DNA from: a virus
Virus record (IMG/VR): IMGVR_UViG_3300037608_000032
Location: 1 to 64,000 of that record
Length of the DNA stretch: 64,000 nt
Direction: 5' to 3' (one strand)
The number at the start of each line of letters is the position of its first letter. Within the stretch, counting starts at the first letter, position 1. Positions 44,798 to 53,636 of the stretch are shown in pieces. The position numbers and the translations under genes are program-made. The notes under the pieces were generated by a model. That model was not told the origin of the DNA, made no database searches, and saw only the letters and a list, made by a program, of their open reading frames with translations.

Positions 44798-46246
44798 ATG
44801 AACCCCCTCGCCGAAGCCCTCAAAGCAGCGTTCTCCCGAGCCACGAAGACCGACGAAGGGTTCGTGCTCCGGTCGACGCGCGGAGACTTGCCCTTTCGGA
44901 TTGACCTGAGGTCCATCGGGACCGTGGAGCATAGATCAAAACAGGTGCAAGGAGATATCGTGGTCAGGGCCGAAGGGATGCCCGGACCCGAGATCGAGAC
45001 CTCGGAGACCTGTGACGATGTGCTCGTGACCGGCACCGCGTCCTCCACGTCGGTGGACTGGTACGGGACCGAGATGTCCGAGAAGTGCCTCCAAGGCATG
45101 GCTGATCAGTTCTCCCGAGGTGTCGGCGTCTTTCCATCGCACGGTGGCGGGCTGTTCGGGCCCGGCCTGGAGTGGGATGACGAGATGGGCAAGACCACCG
45201 GCGGGGAGGTCTCGCGGGCGCAGGTCGTGGAGCCCTTCGACGCCACGGAGCCCGGGTGGGCGCTCAAGGTCCTGATGGCCCTGGACGGCGGCATGGAGAA
45301 GGTCTGCGAGCTCGCGCGACGACTCGCCAAGGGTCAGCCGATCGGCCTGTCCATCGGTGGATGGTTCCGAGAAGTCCGGTATATTGAAGACGAGCGCGGG
45401 CGGGAGTACGACCGGATCATCGTCGAAGAGGTCGAACTGGACCACCTTGCCATAGTGCGTGCGCCTGCGTGCCCCGACTGCCAGGACTTGGAGCTGCTCT
45501 CGAAGGCTGGAGCCGAGTGGAAGCGGGGAGAGCCCACCCCGGCGATGCCAGAAGAGACCCCCGAAGAGACCCCGAAGGACGAAGCCGAGCCCGCAAGCGA
45601 GCCGAGCGCCGAAGTCGAACCCCGTGGCGGTGACGTAGAAGCCGAGATGGCAGCCCCCGAAACCTCTAACCCGACCGGAGTTAGCACCTCGCAGGGGCTT
45701 GACTCTATTTCGATCAACAGTGAGAATCGGGACGTGGCTGATGAAGCCGTCCCCACACAGGAGAATGAATCCATGACCCCCGAAGAGCGAGCCCTGTTCG
45801 ATTCCCTCAAGGCCGAAGTCAACGCCATCAAGGCGGCCCGTTCCACCCCCGAACCCGCCGTGGAGACTGCCGAAGCCCGCGCGATCCGCCTCGAAGGCGA
45901 GCTCGCCCGGTCCCGTCAGGTCATCGCCAACCTGACCAGCCAGCCTCAAAGGGTAGGTCGTGGTCTCGGCATGGTGAGCGCCAGCGGCCAGGTCTCCGAG
46001 GTCGATGCCATGATCAACCGGGCCAAGGGCACCGGCAAGCACGAAGCCCTCGTCGGCGTCGTAGAACGGTCGAAAAAGATCCTCTCCGTCGGATTCCGTG
46101 CCCGTGGCGAGGAAGTCCGCACGAAGCTCGCGGAAGCCCGCGACGAAGCCCCCGACTTCCTCCGAGACGTCTGCGAGGCAGCTCATGCGGACGGCACGCT
46201 GTCCGAGTGGTACTCCACGGCCCGCAACGAGACCCTCGTCGGGTAG
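44798..46246 (+). CDS. HK97-type prohead protease with C-terminal scaffold
   Basis: GTASSTSVD, SH, GLSIGG, ELDHLAIVRAPA; acidic linker then coiled coil. Confidence 0.88.
   Translation: MNPLAEALKAAFSRATKTDEGFVLRSTRGDLPFRIDLRSIGTVEHRSKQVQGDIVVRAEGMPGPEIETSETCDDVLVTGTASSTSVDWYGTEMSEKCLQGMADQFSRGVGVFPSHGGGLFGPGLEWDDEMGKTTGGEVSRAQVVEPFDATEPGWALKVLMALDGGMEKVCELARRLAKGQPIGLSIGGWFREVRYIEDERGREYDRIIVEEVELDHLAIVRAPACPDCQDLELLSKAGAEWKRGEPTPAMPEETPEETPKDEAEPASEPSAEVEPRGGDVEAEMAAPETSNPTGVSTSQGLDSISINSENRDVADEAVPTQENESMTPEERALFDSLKAEVNAIKAARSTPEPAVETAEARAIRLEGELARSRQVIANLTSQPQRVGRGLGMVSASGQVSEVDAMINRAKGTGKHEALVGVVERSKKILSVGFRARGEEVRTKLAEARDEAPDFLRDVCEAAHADGTLSEWYSTARNETLVG
45664..45727 (+). promoter_or_regulatory. 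internal promoter for scaffold/capsid
   Basis: Same 21-nt site as 44702-44722, then TTGACT-17-GAGAAT; CAGGAG RBS and in-frame ATG at 45773. Confidence 0.7.
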
Positions 46247-46300
46247 TCCCCGGTATACTTCCGAACCCATTTCAAAAGACTTTCGAACCAGGAGAATCCC

Positions 46301-47275
46301 ATGTCCTTCGCAGATTTCGACGCCGGGCGACGTGAAGCCTTCCAGCGCAGTCTCGATATCGGCACCGCCGGTACCGTCCTGCTCCAGACCTCCATCTCCA
46401 AGGCTGTGCAGCTCGTCACGAACCGACAGCTCGGCATCCAGTCCACCATCCCCCGCAAGCCGGGCTCCGGTGACGGCTTCTACAGCAACCGTCGGTCGGC
46501 GGCTGCCACGGGTGGTTCCTGGGTGGACGATGACGAGGAGATCGTGGAGCAGGAGGGTGGATACACCCAGGTCAAGTTCGGCTTCAAGACTCTCCAGGGC
46601 CGAATCAAGGTCACCCGCAAGCTGATCGCTCAGGGCCGCAGCTACGGCGACGTGCTCGCCACGGAGCTGGTCGGCAAGGCGGAAGACTTCGCCCAGGACC
46701 TGGAGACCGCCAGCGCCATCGGCGACACAGCCACCAACTCGAAGTCGATCAACGGGCTCATCACCCTGGTCGGCGCTGTCAGCACCCAGACCGTGGCCAA
46801 TACCTCGGCGGCCGGGGGGGACGCGCTCTACCTGGATAAGCTCGACTCGGCCATCCAGAAGGTCAAGGGTTCGAGCATGAAGGCCAACCTCCGGATCTAC
46901 GGCTCGCAGCTCGGACACCGACTCCTGAACAACGCCCTCCAGGCGCAGCAGCGGTTCCAGAACATGGTGGAGATCGACGCCGGCTTCGTGGTCGAGTCCT
47001 ACCAGGGCATCCCGATCGTCGAAAGCAACGGCATCCCCGACGTGATGACCTTCAACACGACCACGGGCCGTCCGCTCGCCTACAGCACCGGGGCCACCAC
47101 GGCGCTGATCGTCGTGAACACCCAGTACGTCTTCTACTCCGAGCTCACCGCGACCACGGTCATGCCGCTCGCCAAGAAGTCCTCGCAGTACGACGAAGTG
47201 GACATGTTCAACGACATCGTCCTGGTGCTCGACAACCCCGTCGGCGCGGCCATCCTCTGCGGCCTGAGCGGGTAA
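46301..47275 (+). CDS. major capsid protein
   Basis: 324 aa after protease/scaffold; strong codon bias; GD..NSKSINGL; followed by terminator. Confidence 0.88.
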   Translation: MSFADFDAGRREAFQRSLDIGTAGTVLLQTSISKAVQLVTNRQLGIQSTIPRKPGSGDGFYSNRRSAAATGGSWVDDDEEIVEQEGGYTQVKFGFKTLQGRIKVTRKLIAQGRSYGDVLATELVGKAEDFAQDLETASAIGDTATNSKSINGLITLVGAVSTQTVANTSAAGGDALYLDKLDSAIQKVKGSSMKANLRIYGSQLGHRLLNNALQAQQRFQNMVEIDAGFVVESYQGIPIVESNGIPDVMTFNTTTGRPLAYSTGATTALIVVNTQYVFYSELTATTVMPLAKKSSQYDEVDMFNDIVLVLDNPVGAAILCGLSG

Positions 47276-47309
47276 CCAGTCTACCTCAGCCCTTCACGGG
47301 GCCTGTTTG

Positions 47310-47344
47310 AGGGCACCTCGGAAACGGGGTGCCCTTTTTCTTTT
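47310..47344 (+). terminator. intrinsic terminator
   Basis: GGGCACCTCG-GAAA-CGGGGTGCCC then T tract. Confidence 0.9.
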
Positions 47345-47391
47345 GCCAAAACTGCGCTACACTGGCGAGGAACCCTACAAGGAGGCTGACC

Positions 47392-47823
47392 TTGCCACAC
47401 GCATCACGGCAGATACCCGACCCTGGCACCTACTCGCATGTTCTCTTCAGAGCCGACTGGAACCCTGACCCCGAGTACATGGAGAGCATGTACGGCGAGA
47501 TCGCCAAGAGCCGGTGCATCCAGTGGCCGGAGAGCATCCCGTTCCCGGCGGCTATTCGCGGGTCGACAAACCGCTGGCTACCGACAGCACAAGATCGCTG
47601 CACCTGCATGATGTTCATCCGCAGCGCTCACCTACGATCGAGGATGACCAAGCTCGGCTGGGTCGAAGTCACCGACCTGTGGCGGGCCCCCACCGAGAAG
47701 AAGGTGGTGCTGACTCCCGTGGTAGAGTCCAAGCCCCTCGGTCCGGCGCTGTCGGTGCCGGTCCCCCCGGCGAAGCGAGACCTGACCGGGGTCAACGCCA
47801 AGCGGCAAGCGGCGAAGAGGTAG
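47392..47823 (+). CDS. hypothetical protein
   Basis: AGGAGG RBS before TTG. Confidence 0.65.
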   Translation: MPHASRQIPDPGTYSHVLFRADWNPDPEYMESMYGEIAKSRCIQWPESIPFPAAIRGSTNRWLPTAQDRCTCMMFIRSAHLRSRMTKLGWVEVTDLWRAPTEKKVVLTPVVESKPLGPALSVPVPPAKRDLTGVNAKRQAAKR

Positions 47824-47826
47824 TCC

Positions 47827-48384
47827 ATGGCCATCACGTCAGCAGCCAGAATCAAGGCCTTCATGGGGATCCCCGCTGGCCTGACCTACCATGACACGGT
47901 GCTCGGGTACGCGGCTACCGCAGCGGACGCGGTGGTCCTGCGAGCCCTTGACCAAGCGTCCTTGGCCGTGCTGACCATCCAGGAATACCCGGAGGTCTTC
48001 AACGCCGGGCAGGTGAGCGTGCTACTCAAGCACGCGCCCGTGGCCGGGATTGTCGCCATCACGAACGACGGAGCAGCCATCGGAGCGACTCAATACCGGC
48101 TTGACTCCGACGTCGGGCAGGTCACCCTGATGGACGGGAACGGGTACTGGTCACAGGAGCGCGAAGGTGCCGAGGTGATGTACGGGTACGGGTACGACTC
48201 CACGACGATTCCTGACGACATCGTAGCGGCGGCCGACTTCCTCGGAGCCTTCTTTTTCAACCGGACGAAGCACCTTGGCTTCGACTCGCAGGGCGCGTCC
48301 GGGTACTCGGTGAGCCTGTCGAAGGCCCCGATCCCTCCAGAAGTCCAGGCGATTCTCTCACGATACCAGGACGTCCACAGATAG
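47827..48384 (+). CDS. head-tail connector (adaptor) protein
   Basis: IKAFMGI, PV..I..I, YGYGY..IPDDIVAA, IPPEVQAILSRY. Confidence 0.82.
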   Translation: MAITSAARIKAFMGIPAGLTYHDTVLGYAATAADAVVLRALDQASLAVLTIQEYPEVFNAGQVSVLLKHAPVAGIVAITNDGAAIGATQYRLDSDVGQVTLMDGNGYWSQEREGAEVMYGYGYDSTTIPDDIVAAADFLGAFFFNRTKHLGFDSQGASGYSVSLSKAPIPPEVQAILSRYQDVHR

Positions 48385-48397
48385 GAGCTTGCAGGTG

Positions 48398-48763
48398 ATG
48401 GCAACTTTCAAGAGACCGACAAGACCAGCGGACAGGAATCTCGGGTACGTGGCGGGTGAACAGCTTCGACCTCGCCGAGAAGGCGGGTTCACGTTCGTCC
48501 AGGCCAGCGGGCCCCAAGCGAAGCGGCTCCTGACGAAGGACGGGTGGGGGCCTGTCGAGGAACCTTCCCCGGCGATACCCGAGTTCTTCACGGGCGGACC
48601 GGTTGAAGCCCCGGTAGTTGACTGCACCTGTTCGACACTTCCACGGGACATCGCCGAGAAGGTCACCGAACCAGCGCCTGTAACAACCGGACTCACCGTG
48701 GATCTGGCGGGCAAGGTGTTGATGCAGCCCAAGTCGGGGAAGACGCAGCGGATCAGAAGATAA
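48398..48763 (+). CDS. hypothetical protein
   Basis: ORF following connector. Confidence 0.6.
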   Translation: MATFKRPTRPADRNLGYVAGEQLRPRREGGFTFVQASGPQAKRLLTKDGWGPVEEPSPAIPEFFTGGPVEAPVVDCTCSTLPRDIAEKVTEPAPVTTGLTVDLAGKVLMQPKSGKTQRIRR

Positions 48764-49103
48764 GTTCTTCTTCCTCGGTGCCTTCCTGCCCATCGGCGTC
48801 ATCGTCGGGGAAGACGTAGTCTATGCTGGGGTTCCAGCCACACGAACAGGTGAATCCTCCGGCCATTGGGTTCCCGCACTTGCACCGCCAGACATGCCAG
48901 CTTTCGATAGCCGTTTCGCCGTGCTGCAGGGCTTCTTCTATTTCGTCACGTCCCGGTGGAAACTGCATACAAAAGTTACAGAACCACACGGACCGGGTCC
49001 GAAAGTCTTTGCTCGGGTCACCTGTCGTGTCAATGACTTTGACTCTCTTTCCTCCTCCAGCAGAAGGAAAATTGAGCAAGTCTCCCTTTTTGTAGTCTGG
49101 CAT
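48753..49103 (-). CDS. small Cys-rich hypothetical protein (inverted)
   Basis: GGAG RBS; CNFC, CKC, CSC; acidic tail; GCTACTAC upstream on minus strand. Confidence 0.65.
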   Translation of the reverse strand: MPDYKKGDLLNFPSAGGGKRVKVIDTTGDPSKDFRTRSVWFCNFCMQFPPGRDEIEEALQHGETAIESWHVWRCKCGNPMAGGFTCSCGWNPSIDYVFPDDDADGQEGTEEEELIF

Positions 49104-49184
49104 CGTTGCTCCGTTCGTTAACGTAGTAGCTACTACGGAATGACGGCCGGGACGGACCCGGCCAACAACCCGAAGGAGTCCAAC

Positions 49185-50537
49185 GTGAAAAGAGTGCTCG
49201 TTACCGGAGGTGCGGGGTTCATCGGTTCCCACGTCGTCTCTCTCCTCCTTGACCATGGCTGCGATGTCATGTCCTACGATTGCCTGCTGCCCCAGGTCCA
49301 TTCCGGCTTCTTCAAATGGCCGGAGTACCAGAAGCCCCAGGAACACCTGACCCTCCACTACGAGGACGTTCGGAACGTCCCGGAGCTGACGAAGGCCCTG
49401 GCCGCGTTCCGACCCGACACCGTGATCCACCTCGCTGCCATGGTCGGAGTCGCCCAGTCCAACCACATGATCGCCCAGTACGTCAGCGACAACGTGACCG
49501 GAACAGCCTGCCTACTGGACCGGATCGCGGACTACAACCAGACCGTGCGCGAGAACAAGGCCCGTCTCCAGGCCATCCGCGAGTGCCCCGTGGGTCCCGA
49601 GCCCGGCCAGACCCAGGCCGAAGCGGACGCCAAGTACCAGGCCCGCATGGCAAGCATCATCGCCGACCTGGAGGCCAAGCCCCAAGACGAGATCGAGCAG
49701 GTCCTTGTGGCCGGGTCGATGTCCTCCTACGGAGAAGGGGCTTACGGGCTGGATGACGAGGACCTCATGCGAGATCTCGATGGCGTCATGGAGTTCGACG
49801 GCGACGCCTACGTAAAGCCTCCGTCAGACTTCGTGCCGGGGAGCCTGACGAACCCTGACGGCTCCGTGGCCTGGGACGCTCCGGGCATGCACCCGATACC
49901 GACCGGGGAGCACGTCCATCTTCAGCCCGAGTCAGTCTACTCCTGGTCGAAAGCCCAGCAGGAAGAGCTTGCTCTCCTGGTCGGGCGCGTGCGCGGCATC
50001 GCCGTGAAGGTGGCGAGGTTCTTCAACACCTACGGCCCCAACCAGGCCCTATCGAACCCATACACTGGGATCGGGGCCATCTTCTCGGCTCGGGTGCTCG
50101 CGGGCCTGAACCCCGTAGTCTTCGAGGACGGGCGTCAGCTCCGGGACTTCACGCACGTCTCGGACGTGGCCGAAGCCGTCCTGACCATCCTCGACAAGGG
50201 CGAGCCCGGCGAGGTCTACAACGTCGGCACGGGCGTACCGTCGTCCGTCCTGGACGTGGCCAAGGCCCTCTGCTCCGATACGCTGTGCCAGCCCGACATC
50301 ACGGGCGTTCGTCGGGTGGGCGATATCCGGCACTGCTACGCGGACGCTTCGAAGCTCCGGGCCCTCGGGTGGGAGCCGAAGGTGAACCTTGAGGACGGCA
50401 TGCGGATGCTTCGGGAATGGGTATCGACCCAGCGACCCGAGCTGACGGCGGAACTCCTCGACAAGGCCAACATGGAGCTGGACCGGTACGGGCTCCTGGT
50501 CATGTCCGAGCCGGCCGAAGATCAGGGCCAACAATGA
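49185..50537 (+). CDS. NAD-dependent nucleotide-sugar epimerase/dehydratase
   Basis: TGGAGFIG, HLAA, SMSSYGEG, YSWSK, NTYGPNQALSNPYTG, FEDG..RDF. Confidence 0.93.
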   Translation: MKRVLVTGGAGFIGSHVVSLLLDHGCDVMSYDCLLPQVHSGFFKWPEYQKPQEHLTLHYEDVRNVPELTKALAAFRPDTVIHLAAMVGVAQSNHMIAQYVSDNVTGTACLLDRIADYNQTVRENKARLQAIRECPVGPEPGQTQAEADAKYQARMASIIADLEAKPQDEIEQVLVAGSMSSYGEGAYGLDDEDLMRDLDGVMEFDGDAYVKPPSDFVPGSLTNPDGSVAWDAPGMHPIPTGEHVHLQPESVYSWSKAQQEELALLVGRVRGIAVKVARFFNTYGPNQALSNPYTGIGAIFSARVLAGLNPVVFEDGRQLRDFTHVSDVAEAVLTILDKGEPGEVYNVGTGVPSSVLDVAKALCSDTLCQPDITGVRRVGDIRHCYADASKLRALGWEPKVNLEDGMRMLREWVSTQRPELTAELLDKANMELDRYGLLVMSEPAEDQGQQ

Positions 50538-51100
50538 TTCCAGCCCCGGTCTTCCCCAAGTTCATCGCCTGCCTCGGTGGGTCCAACACGCTGGGCGTCC
50601 GCACGACGCGCGGGTATCCCGAGCACCTCCCAGCGATGTTTTCGCCTACCCCGTTCGTTTTCAACCGAGGCCTGGCCGGGGCGAAGACGCTGGACGTGCT
50701 CAGGCACCTGCCCGAAGACATGGCCTTGATGGACCGGGTAGACACCGTGGTCTTCGGACTGCCGACCCACGATGCCCAGGGGACCGGGGTTCCCCCGTCA
50801 GAGCTTCGGGCGCTGGTAGAGGTCTTGCTTCACCAGCTTCTCCTGACCGAGGCCCGGATCGTGCTCTGCACGCCAACCCCGGTCGTAACCGCAAGCCCGG
50901 TTCGAGGGTTCGGGAGACCCTCCCGGCGATGGGTGGAAAAGGCTGTGCAGGTGATCGAGACTATTGGAGCCGAGCACGAGATCCCCGTGGTACGCTGGCA
51001 CACGATGCCCCTGGGCTTGATGGCGGATGCCGTCCATCCGGGGCCGGGCGGGTGTCGCTGGCAAGCTGAACAGGTTGCCGCTGCGTTGAAGAACCCGTAG
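50534..51100 (+). CDS. SGNH/GDSL-family esterase or acyltransferase
   Basis: LGGSNTLG, NRGLAG, DAVHP. Confidence 0.82.
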   Translation: MIPAPVFPKFIACLGGSNTLGVRTTRGYPEHLPAMFSPTPFVFNRGLAGAKTLDVLRHLPEDMALMDRVDTVVFGLPTHDAQGTGVPPSELRALVEVLLHQLLLTEARIVLCTPTPVVTASPVRGFGRPSRRWVEKAVQVIETIGAEHEIPVVRWHTMPLGLMADAVHPGPGGCRWQAEQVAAALKNP

Positions 51101-51118
51101 TCTCACGCTGGATTGACG

Positions 51119-51155
51119 AGGGCCGTACTTGGCAACAGGTGCGGCCCTTTTTCTT
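51119..51155 (+). terminator. intrinsic terminator
   Basis: AGGGCCGTAC..GTGCGGCCCT then T tract. Confidence 0.85.
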
Positions 51156-51188
51156 GAGTCGGGGTAGACTGCCCCCAAGAGGTGCCTC

Positions 51189-51797
51189 ATGTTCGCTCTC
51201 ACCAACATCCTGGTCAACTGGCGTAGGTCCACCGCCCTGGTGCTCGACTCCCGCACGCCAACGGGGACCATGGCCGCGTCACGGGCCCCTGTTCGTACTA
51301 GTTGCATTCAGGTGCAGCTAACTGGTACGCCTACCGGGACCGTAACCGTGGCGGGGTTGGTCGGGGGCGTGGCCGACACCGAGGTCTTGACGTGGGCTGG
51401 AGTCGCGGGGGCACGGGTCACGGTGAAGGAGTTCTCCACGGTGGCGTTCACCTCGTCACTCACCGGCGCTGTCAAGGTCGAAGCGTCGGCCGTCGGCATG
51501 GACGGGACCCCGCAGGCCGGGACCTACGCCGTCAGGTCAAGTTGGCCCGTGCAACTCGCAGCGCCGGGGTCTGGCCAGCGATGGCCTGGGCAGGTGCCTG
51601 GACATGAGCTGACTTCGGACCGGGTATGTCGGGTGCCCTACGAGGAGACGTGGGCTCCGCGTGAGGGAGACGTTGTGGACGTCGTGCAACCCGCCACAGG
51701 AGAGACCTTCCAGGTCTTCGGGCGGCCTACTGTGCAGGTCGTTGGGATGGTCCAAGACCACTGGCAGGTCAAGCTGACCCAGCAACAGGGGGCCTAA
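51189..51797 (+). CDS. virion protein, head-closure-like C-terminus
   Basis: Beta-rich; PREGDVV..FQV..HWQVKL; position among neck genes. Confidence 0.6.
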   Translation: MFALTNILVNWRRSTALVLDSRTPTGTMAASRAPVRTSCIQVQLTGTPTGTVTVAGLVGGVADTEVLTWAGVAGARVTVKEFSTVAFTSSLTGAVKVEASAVGMDGTPQAGTYAVRSSWPVQLAAPGSGQRWPGQVPGHELTSDRVCRVPYEETWAPREGDVVDVVQPATGETFQVFGRPTVQVVGMVQDHWQVKLTQQQGA

Positions 51798-51855
51798 CCG
51801 CATCGGAGTTAGGACCTTACAGGCGCTTGACGTTTCAGCATGAGGCAGGGAAGAT
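51794..51855 (+). promoter_or_regulatory. late promoter with upstream TAAC-N9-GTTA site
   Basis: CTAACCGCATCGGAGTTAG then TTGACG-17-GAAGAT. Confidence 0.7.
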
Positions 51856-51884
51856 CGGGTAGTACTTTCAACCCCGAGGTTCTC

Positions 51885-53537
51885 ATGACCATGGCCGTTC
51901 CGTCCTTCCAGGACATCAAGGACGCAATCCTTTCGGGTTCCATCCGGAAGATCCGTGATTTCATCTGGCAGCCCCTCCAGGATGCCTCTACTGACCTGAC
52001 CGCGCTCGCTGGTGCGATGATCCGCAAGGGCACCGTCACCACAAACGCCGACTTCCCCACTCTGGCCCTCGTACAGATCGGGTGGACGTACCGTGTCACC
52101 GCGATCGTCACCGACAACAATGCAGCCAAGACCAACACGGGCTTGGTGTTCGCCGCTGACGAACTGATCGTCTGGAACGGAACGACCTGGATCCGGATGA
52201 CCCAGGCGATGGCTGACCATCTGGTCAACGTCAGCAACCCCCACGTCGTCACGAAGGCGCAGATCGGGCTGACCGTTCCCCTCGACTACAAGGGCACCGT
52301 CACCGCCAACACGGACTTCCCCTTGCTCGCGGACGTCAAGGCCGGGTGGACCTACCGCACCACGGCGGCCGTGACCGACAACGACGCCACGAAGACGAAC
52401 TCCGGGGTGGCCTTCGCGGCCAACGAACTGATCGTCTGGACGGCTGGCCCGAACTGGGAGCGCCTGAACCAGACCCCGGTGCTACACGGGTCCTCGCACA
52501 TCGGCGGTGCGTCGGACGCCATCCCCGTGGCGGTCTCCGGCGGCGCTGCGGGCCTGATGGCCGGGGCGGACAAGGCCTCGCTCGACTCCCTGGTGACCGA
52601 AGGCGCGGGCTTCTGGAGCGACACTGCGGACGGAGCCATCGGCGTCGGGCGCTTCGTCGAGATCGACGGTGCGGGCGACCTCGTAGCCGGCTCGGTCGGC
52701 TCGGATTCCGTCGTCGGCGCAGGGCTCAACGCCGCGCCCGTGGTCGGGACCGACCCGATCGTCGTTGGCATCGGCAAGCGCTCCCTGGTTGCTGCTGACG
52801 CCATCCTGGCTGGGCAGGAACTCAAGTGCGGTGAAGCGGGCATGGCCATCAGTGCGGTCACCACGAACAACGGACTCGCCAGTGCGGCCATGGGCGGCGG
52901 CGCGGGCATCGAGTACACGAACCAGCCGGCGAACGACCAGATCACGATCGAATCTTCCGACGCGCTCGATATCGGAGTCCCGATCACGATCATCGGCACC
53001 ACGAACGGCGGGGTTGTCGTTGTCGAGGAGATCCTCGCCACCGACGGCGCGGACGGAACCACCCCGGTAGACTCCGTGAAGGTGGACTGGGGCCTGATCC
53101 TCGCGGTCAAGAAGCCTGCGACCCTCGGCACGATCACGCTCAAGGAGAAGTCGGGCGGCCTGACGATCCGAGTCGTCCCGCTGGCGTCCACCACGGACGC
53201 GGTCATCGCCGTAGCCGCCGGGAATCAGCAGGCCTACAACGCGAAGCCGGAATTCGCGGCCGAAGCTGCCACCACGAAGGTGATCGGGTTCAAGCGGATC
53301 GCCACCACGGGCACGACCGAGACCTACGAGGGTGTCACCCTCAACGGCACGGCGAAACAGAAGCCGGCTACCGCGTCTCGCCGGGTGACCGAACTTTACG
53401 TCGGCGACCTCGAAGCGGCCCGCACGCTGGCGGTGACCACCACGGCCACGGCGGATGCCCAGGAGATCCGCACCGGCCGGGCCTACTCCGCTGCGGCGGC
53501 TCGCGGGGATACCATCTCGGCGATCGTCCGCCCGTAG
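51885..53537 (+). CDS. structural fibre/capsid decoration protein
   Basis: Two ~58-aa repeats joined by NPHVVTKAQIGL; Ala/Thr/Gly-rich; cement-like end GRAYSAAAARGDTISAIV; own promoter and terminator. Confidence 0.7.
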   Translation: MTMAVPSFQDIKDAILSGSIRKIRDFIWQPLQDASTDLTALAGAMIRKGTVTTNADFPTLALVQIGWTYRVTAIVTDNNAAKTNTGLVFAADELIVWNGTTWIRMTQAMADHLVNVSNPHVVTKAQIGLTVPLDYKGTVTANTDFPLLADVKAGWTYRTTAAVTDNDATKTNSGVAFAANELIVWTAGPNWERLNQTPVLHGSSHIGGASDAIPVAVSGGAAGLMAGADKASLDSLVTEGAGFWSDTADGAIGVGRFVEIDGAGDLVAGSVGSDSVVGAGLNAAPVVGTDPIVVGIGKRSLVAADAILAGQELKCGEAGMAISAVTTNNGLASAAMGGGAGIEYTNQPANDQITIESSDALDIGVPITIIGTTNGGVVVVEEILATDGADGTTPVDSVKVDWGLILAVKKPATLGTITLKEKSGGLTIRVVPLASTTDAVIAVAAGNQQAYNAKPEFAAEAATTKVIGFKRIATTGTTETYEGVTLNGTAKQKPATASRRVTELYVGDLEAARTLAVTTTATADAQEIRTGRAYSAAAARGDTISAIVRP

Positions 53538-53553
53538 TCTCTGACCTGTTCCC

Positions 53554-53591
53554 AGCCCCGGTCGGGTACGCCCTGGCCGGGGCTTTTCTTT
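53554..53591 (+). terminator. intrinsic terminator
   Basis: AGCCCCGGTCGGG..CCTGGCCGGGGCT then T tract. Confidence 0.85.
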
Positions 53592-53636
53592 GCGAGCTAC
53601 TACTTCGAGGAATCTTCAACCTCGTAGGAGTAGTCC

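Noticed and set aside
44936-46918. 660-aa minus-strand ORF (also 54060-55874 and similar)
   Set aside because: Antisense shadows of well-supported genes.
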